Below are positions 23,519 to 64,000 of a DNA stretch of 64,000 nt, piece after piece. The stretch covers positions 37,310-101,309 of the forward strand of contig JAUCBJ010000757.1 of assembly GCA_032718475.1 (NCBI GenBank). The letters are read 5' to 3'. The translations under genes were made by a program, and so were the position numbers. Positions within the stretch are counted from its first letter, which is position 1; each line of letters starts with the position of its first letter. Origin of the DNA: Nemertoderma westbladi (lineage: Eukaryota > Animalia > Xenacoelomorpha). Under the pieces are notes generated by a model that saw only the letters and a list, made by a program, of their open reading frames with translations, had not been told where the DNA came from and searched no databases.

Positions 23519-25228
23519 GTCCATGTAACAGCCAAGAGATGGGATCCATCGTGTAGACCTATCAAGTCAACAAGAGTCGAGTTACAATTGTTACATCCTC
23601 CGCGGCGAACCCCTCACGAAGCCATGTGTGTATTCGATAATGTTTATCTGTGACTGACCCGTAAGCCACTGTCCTTTAACTAAATCTAAGTAATTAAATG
23701 GTTAGACGATGATGACCTTCTGCCCCCAATACGTGTGGGACAGCTGTCGCGTACATATAGCTACATATATTTTGACGTAGTCAGTCTATTTGATACTACA
23801 ACAGCCCAGATAATGCACAACTATCTAAGAAATGGATGTGATGAGTTAAATCTATTTCAGATGGCGTTTTATGCTTAAAAAACCCCGGTTACGTTGTACA
23901 TTACGCCATGGGACATTTCGAAACATTTTGGATATGCTCACACAATTATTTAATCATAATTACTGGGATGGGGATGATCATAATGGAATGATTAACCACC
24001 GACGCTTGCCAATCTAACTGAATAAACGTTTGTGAGCAAGTCCCAAAAGAAGAGAGTCTTGGCGGCTAATGATCGGGGGAGATCATAACGGCGGCAGACT
24101 GAAGATCTGCAGTCAGAGACCAAGCTGCCTTTGTGTTGTACAGGATCTTCCAAGTTTCAACTCAGACAACGCATTGACGAACAAGGGCGGGTGTGTGAGG
24201 GGGTGGGGGGAGGGGGGATCGGGTCATCCACTTGTTCGTCTTCCCATGAAATAAAACTGTAAATACAATTCCAATTAATGATAATGATAATAATATTATA
24301 GTAACCAATAATTCGAAGAATTGCAAACCGCATAATATAAAAATTAGTTAGGATTTATATGTAACCGAAGCGGCTCAACCCAAACAGACAAGGTATTTAT
24401 TTATGTAGAGTATTAAGTTACCAACATGGCTCAATGATGTACGTACTACTATTGGTATTCTCAATGGCACAAGTAGATGACCCATAATAGTTTGATTGGT
24501 TTAAATCACGATGCTACAGACGACCGCTAAGGGGCGCATCTAACAATCAAGAAATCTAAAAAAATCGATGTATCCACTAGACGGCAACGGGAACTATCAG
24601 CACAACCTAGAATGATGGTGGTCATGGCAACCGGATGGCTAAAAAGTTAAATAACAATAGGATAAGTGAGACAAAAATAACCAAATAAAAACAAAGAATT
24701 CGAGAAGCGTTAAAAGTTGGGGCGAACAATAAGAATAACTCTGCGATATAAAATATTTGGATATTAAAATAAACACTGAAACTCTAATCGTGGAGTGGTC
24801 CGTCGACTAGAATAACTTAGCTTATGGTAGTGACTGCATTATTATGGCACTATAAGAATTATTGATAAGTTATGAAACGGTAATTATCAATATAAAACAA
24901 ATAGCGAATCAATTATTTTATCAGAAACTCAGTTTTACTAACAAAACTAAATGGATTAATAAATATAAATGTGTCTGTTTGTTGTCAACTAACAGACAAA
25001 CAGACAGACAAGCGGGCAGATAATCGGACATATAATAGAAGCGACGGTAACGCGTATTATTTGCAGCTTTTGTTTAGCAGAACTTTCTCGCATATTGCAT
25101 TACAAAGAAGGCAAATAGTAATGACGTCACAGCGTAGCTCGATCTCACTGAATGTTGGTAAGGTAGCACACATCCGCGCATTCTACGGGGTGGAACCGGC
25201 ATACCGACAGTACCGGTTCCGTCGGTCG

Positions 25229-59043
<33,815 letters not shown>

Positions 59044-59383
59044 CTAGTGAATACAAATAGTATATGTATGTATGTATGTATGTATGTATATATACAAAAG
59101 GGTACCTAATGGTGTTCAATATGTAGATTTACACCATAATGTGATTTTTGTACTACAGCAAGTGACCATTGAGCGAGAATAAAACATAAGGTGTTCGGGA
59201 AATTTGTGACCATAAAGAGAGTTTGACAAACACATATTAAAACACATTAATTAAATGAAACAGTTACTAACAAGTCTATAATACTAACTCGAGGATATGA
59301 TTCATTTTATCAGTCCCAATTGCAATGTGAAATGAAGCATTTATTTTAAATATTTATTAATTATTGCATGCATAGCAAGTCGT

Positions 59384-62365
59384 CCCCAGGCTGGGGTCGA
59401 TAAATTGGCTACTGGAACAGAAGACAGAGAAGAAAGAAGAACCAACCTGTTGAAATGTAAAAAGACACTAAAGATTGCTACAATGAACGCACGCACGCTG
59501 AAAGCACAGAGCAAACAGGGTGACATGGTCGCTCTGGCAATGGAATATAACATCGACATCATCTGCATCCAAGAACATCGGATTTGTCATGAAGACACTG
59601 CCATGAGGTACAATGACATTGGAAATGGATGGACGTTAGTAACAAGCTCAGCAGTAAGAAACTCGGCCAATGCATCAATTGGTGGAGTAGGAATTCTGTT
59701 AAGCCCATTTGCACTTAAGACCCTAAACAACATCGAATCTATAAATTCCAGGGTTATGATCGCAACATTTGATGGGAATCCCAAGACAACAGTTATATGT
59801 TGCTACAGTCCAACCAATGCATCAGAGCCAGAACAAGCAGTCAAGTTTTATGAAGAACTGACTGGACTTATTAAGGACATCCCGAAACACAATGTTAAAG
59901 TCATTGCTGGTGACCTGAATGCGCAAATTGGCCCAGAAGACATCAAGGGTTACACCTATAACACCAGTTCTAACAGAAATGGGTACTTACTCTTAGACCT
60001 AATGGAAGAATGTGAATTGATACCAACAAACAACACATTCGAAAAGAGTAAGGGGAAGCTATGGACCTTTCAATACCTTAATGGAACCAAAGCACAACTG
60101 GATTACATCCTTATAAACAAAAAGTGGAGAAATAGCATGATCAACTGCGAGGCATACAGCTCGTTCAACCTAATTGGTTCGGACCACAGAATTGTGACTG
60201 CAGAGATCAGACTCAGTTTGAGAGCCAGCAAACCCAGGACAAGCAAGCAAATCAACTATGACTGGGAGAAACTCAGAACTGACAATGCTGTAAAGGGTGC
60301 TTATACAGTAGAAGTTCAAAACCGCTTTGAAGCACTTCAGTCAATGGATGAAGACCAATCCACCGATTCAATATACCAGAATATAATAACAGCCCACAAG
60401 GAATCAGCTAAGAGGCATATCCCCCAGAAACCTAAACGAAAACAGTATGTGCCATGGCAAAACTCTGAGGTTACTTGTAAGAGAGAAGATCTTAAGATAG
60501 CCTACAAAGTTAAAACCGAACAACCAACAACCGAAAACATTAACAAGGTTGAGAAAGCTAAGGACGATCTTAAATTGGCCTACAACATCAGCCAGGAAAA
60601 GTACATACAGGATAAAACTGAAGCAATTACAACTGCTCACATACAGCAACAATCAAGACTTACCTGGCAAACTGTAAATGAGGTATCTGGTCGGAAAAGT
60701 TGTGCAAAGGGGCGCCTCAAAGCCGATAATCCTGAAGAACGTGTTGGGAAGTGGAAAAATCACTTCAGCAACTTGCTTGGGCAGCCACCAAACATCGAGG
60801 TCAGCCCTATAAGGAAAATATATGACAAGACACTACCTATAGAAACAGGGGACTTCACACCTGCCGAACTCCAAAGAAGCATTAAAAGCATGTCCAATAA
60901 TAAAGCGAGTGGATTAGATGAAATCCCAGCGGAGGTATGGAAAACCGGAGTGCTAAATAGACCATTATTGAATGTTTGCAACCGGATGTTAAAAGGGGAA
61001 AAGCCACCACCAATTTGGACTAAAGGTCAACTAAAGCCTCTCCCCAAGAAAGGAGACCTCGGCATACCAACAAACTATCGTGGGATCTGTCTGCTTGTGG
61101 TAGCTGCCAAAATATACAATAAAATGATTCTATATAGGATTAGGCCTCACATAGAGAAACTACTGCGTAAGAGCCAAAACGGATTTCGACCAAGTAGATC
61201 AACAATAGCTCAGATACTTGCACTGCGGAGACTAATTGAAGGAATTAAGTCAAATAATCTCCCCGCAGTCATGACTTTTGTGGACTTCAAGAAGGCATTC
61301 GACTCCATCCATAGAGGTAAAATGCTTGAAATCTTAAGAGCTTATGGAATACCAGAAGTAATTGTTGCTGGCATTGGATTGCTATATTGTGACACAGAAG
61401 CGCAGGTACTCTCACCAGATGGTGAAACTGAATTTTTCTCAATCCTGGCTGGCGTACTGCAAGGTGACACATTAGCACCATTACTATTTGTAATTGTGCT
61501 GGATTACGCAATGGGGACGGCCACAAAGGGTGAAGATCTGGGATTCACACTTCAAGAACGCAGAAGTAGTAGATATCCGGCAACTACAGTCACAGACACC
61601 GACTTTGCGGATGACATCGCCCTGCTCTCTAATACGCTAACAGATGCACAGCTTCTACTAAATAAAGTGGAGAGGGCTGCTAAGGAGGTTGGATTGCATA
61701 TAAATGCTACCAAGACCGAATTCATGACCTTTAATGTTGATGGAAACTTGACAACCATTGATAATAATCAACTAAGGAAGGTCGATGACTTCCAGTACCT
61801 TGGATCATGGATAGAGAGTAGCAAAAAGGACATAGAAGTTAGGAAAGCAAAGGCTTGGGTAGCTCTATCAAAAATGGATACCATCTGGAAATCAGATCTC
61901 TCCAGGCACCTGAAGACCAAGTTCTTTCGAGCCACAGTGGAAAGTGTATTTTTATACGGGGGTGAGACCTGGACACTGACTAAATCACTTGAACAACGAA
62001 TTGATGGTTGCTACACAAGACTACTAAGGGCAGCCCTAAACATCAGCTGGAGACAACACATGACAAACGCCGAGCTTTATGGTACAATACCACCTGTATC
62101 AACCACCCTCCGCGAACGCAGATAAAGTTTCAGTGGGCACTGCTGGCGAAGTAAAGACGAGGTCATACCAGATCTACTTCTCTGGCAACCAACTCATGGA
62201 AAGCGTAGTCGTGGACGACCTGCCATAACATATATAGATCAACTTGAAAGGGATACTGAACTTGGGAGAAACGAAATTGCGACAACTATGGAGAATCGGG
62301 AAGCCTGGAAGGATTTCATTTCCACTGTCCGAGTTCGCTCGACCTAGTAGTAGTAGTAGTAGTAG
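59384..62365 (+). mobile_element. Near full-length RTE LINE (APE endonuclease + RT) with one premature stop at 62123-62125
   Basis: ATMNART, IQEHR, GDLNA, LDYIL, SDH endonuclease motifs; GVLQGD and FADD RT motifs; (TAG)n tail; target-site duplication TAGCAAGTCGT at 59373-59383 and 62363-62373; TAA here corresponds to TTA in the other copy. Confidence 0.96.
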
Positions 62366-62419
62366 CAAGTCGTAGACTTGGTTACTGAAAGAAAATATTC
62401 TGACTGCTTGAGCCTACTA

Positions 62420-62522
62420 TGACCGGCTATGACTTATGTAGACCAACTTGAAAGGGACACTGGACTTGGGAGAAGTGAAATTGCAACAACCATGGAGAAT
62501 CGGGAAGCCTGGAAGGATCTAA
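62420..62522 (+). mobile_element. Older diverged fragment of the same RTE 3' end
   Basis: caacttgaaagggacactggacttgggagaagtgaaattgc...gaagcctggaaggat resembles 62240-62315. Confidence 0.75.
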
Positions 62523-62847
62523 TTTGGGTTATAGGGATATATCAGGTAACATACTAACATTCCATCGCCTGCAGCGCATTGTATATAATTTTAAATTTGA
62601 TGTTACTAGTTTCGGACATGAATTCACTAACGGTATTAGGCTGAGATTGGCATACATCCAAGGATTACGTACAAAGTTATTTCCAGTGCAGGGGCGGTCC
62701 CCACAGAATTATACTCCCTAGAGGAAACTGGCACTCGTTGGGTGACCATTTAAGGATGCAAGGCAGATATGGGCCATGACAAGAGTGCGTTGTGGCTACA
62801 GCCCTTAGCTCTTAGATCTCTGCAGACTCACCTCTCAAAATAATTTA

Positions 62848-63788
62848 CTTGTGGGGCGAGCCACGAAGTTGGCGGAGCCTTAGCGAATTGACACTTTTAA
62901 GGGGTGGGTCAATTTTTGCAAATATTTGTCGTCGTCGTCGTCGTTGTCGATACGATTTTGACATGCTAATAACTTTGTCGGATTTAAAGCTGCCAAGTTG
63001 AAAATGTGTAGGTATCAATATGATCAAAAATTTAGATTTTTGAGAGACTTTCAGACACCATCAGTGCAATGGTCTCTCGCTAGAGGGCCACATGTCTAAG
63101 CATTAAATGGCCACCCATTTCTTTGCTTTTAATCCGTTTAAGCTGAAACTTGGGAAGTATGTACTAGACCATTAGCTGTAAATTTCAAAGGAGGCTAATC
63201 TGTCTGCAGTTCTCCAGTCTGCCGCTAGAGGGCGAAATGTCCCGAATGTGAAATTATTCTTCCATTTAGTTGTTTATGATCTGATTACGCTGAAACTTGT
63301 CATATATGTACTAGAAGACATCCTAAGTCTTTGTGTGGACAGTAATCGGTCCGGAGTTTTCGAGTCTGCCGCTAGAGGGCGAAATGTAGGAAAGTGATAA
63401 CCTTCGCGAATTCCTTGATCTTAATCTATTTAAGCTGAATTTTGGAATATACAGTACCGGTATGTACTAGACCACATGCCTCGTCTTTGTGAGGAAGGTG
63501 ATCGATCCGTAGTTCTTTAATATGCCGCTAGAGGGCTAAATGTATGAAAGTGAAAACCTTCCAACATTTCGTTATTTATGATCCGTCAATCGGAAACTTG
63601 GTAGATATGTAATAGACCATAGGCTGTGGCTTTGTAGGGAAACTAATCCTTCCTTCTTCAGTTACCCAGTCTCCCGCTAGAGGGTTAACGTTTTCCGGGA
63701 AAATCTTCTCCTATGTTTTTATAATCCTTTCGAGTTGATACTTAGCATTAACTCATTTCACGTGCTGCGCGAAGGCCCCACTTCGTGT
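62848..63788 (+). mobile_element. Family A Helentron/DINE-like element with five CTCF-like repeats
   Basis: Same termini as the 27174 copy; (GTC)n; motifs at 63077, 63222, 63369, 63525, 63674. Confidence 0.8.
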
Positions 63789-64000
63789 AATGATATGACG
63801 TACACTGTGCGTCCAACCCCTCAAACCCCTTTGGTGTATTTAACTTATTGGTATTATTGGTGAAGTACGTTATCCTCAACGTAATTGAGATACTGTAGCA
63901 TTATTGGTATTAAGAACTAATATACAGTAAAACAAGCCACACAACCACACAGAAACCACAAAGCCACAAGCTGGCACACCTCTGGGATCAATTCCAAACC

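Noticed and set aside
62825-62850. Minus-strand GAG|GTGAGT as a possible upstream TAOK exon end
   Set aside because: Upstream sequence does not encode the expected kinase segment and runs into a transposon

Overview
AT-rich, intron-containing animal genomic DNA, not prokaryotic; no CRISPR arrays or rRNA seen. The species cannot be named from this window. (1) A TAO-family Ste20 kinase gene (TAOK/Tao) lies on the minus strand: 11 phase-compatible coding exons from 59043 down to the stop at 25229 (about 869 aa here). The N-terminal exons were not found and probably lie beyond 64000. (2) A 12.7-kb non-autonomous BEL/Pao LTR retrotransposon (8779-21473) keeps an intact Gag-protease ORF but lacks RT and integrase. 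(3) Two young RTE LINE copies sit in opposite orientations inside TAOK introns. (4) Two families of Helentron/DINE-like non-autonomous elements have ~150-bp internal repeats carrying CTCF-like or RFX X-box-like motifs. (5) There are tRNA-derived SINEs, one fused to a minimal hammerhead ribozyme. (6) Many intronic minisatellites are present. Two observations stand out. First, the LTR element has no tRNA primer-binding site; instead the 12 nt abutting the 5' LTR are the exact reverse complement of a 12-mer inside the LTR, the geometry of Tf1-type self-priming in a BEL/Pao element. Second, several TAOK intronic arrays are tandem amplifications of the gene's own splice signals (donors, acceptors, a branch region), all on the sense strand. 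All counts and identities were read by eye.
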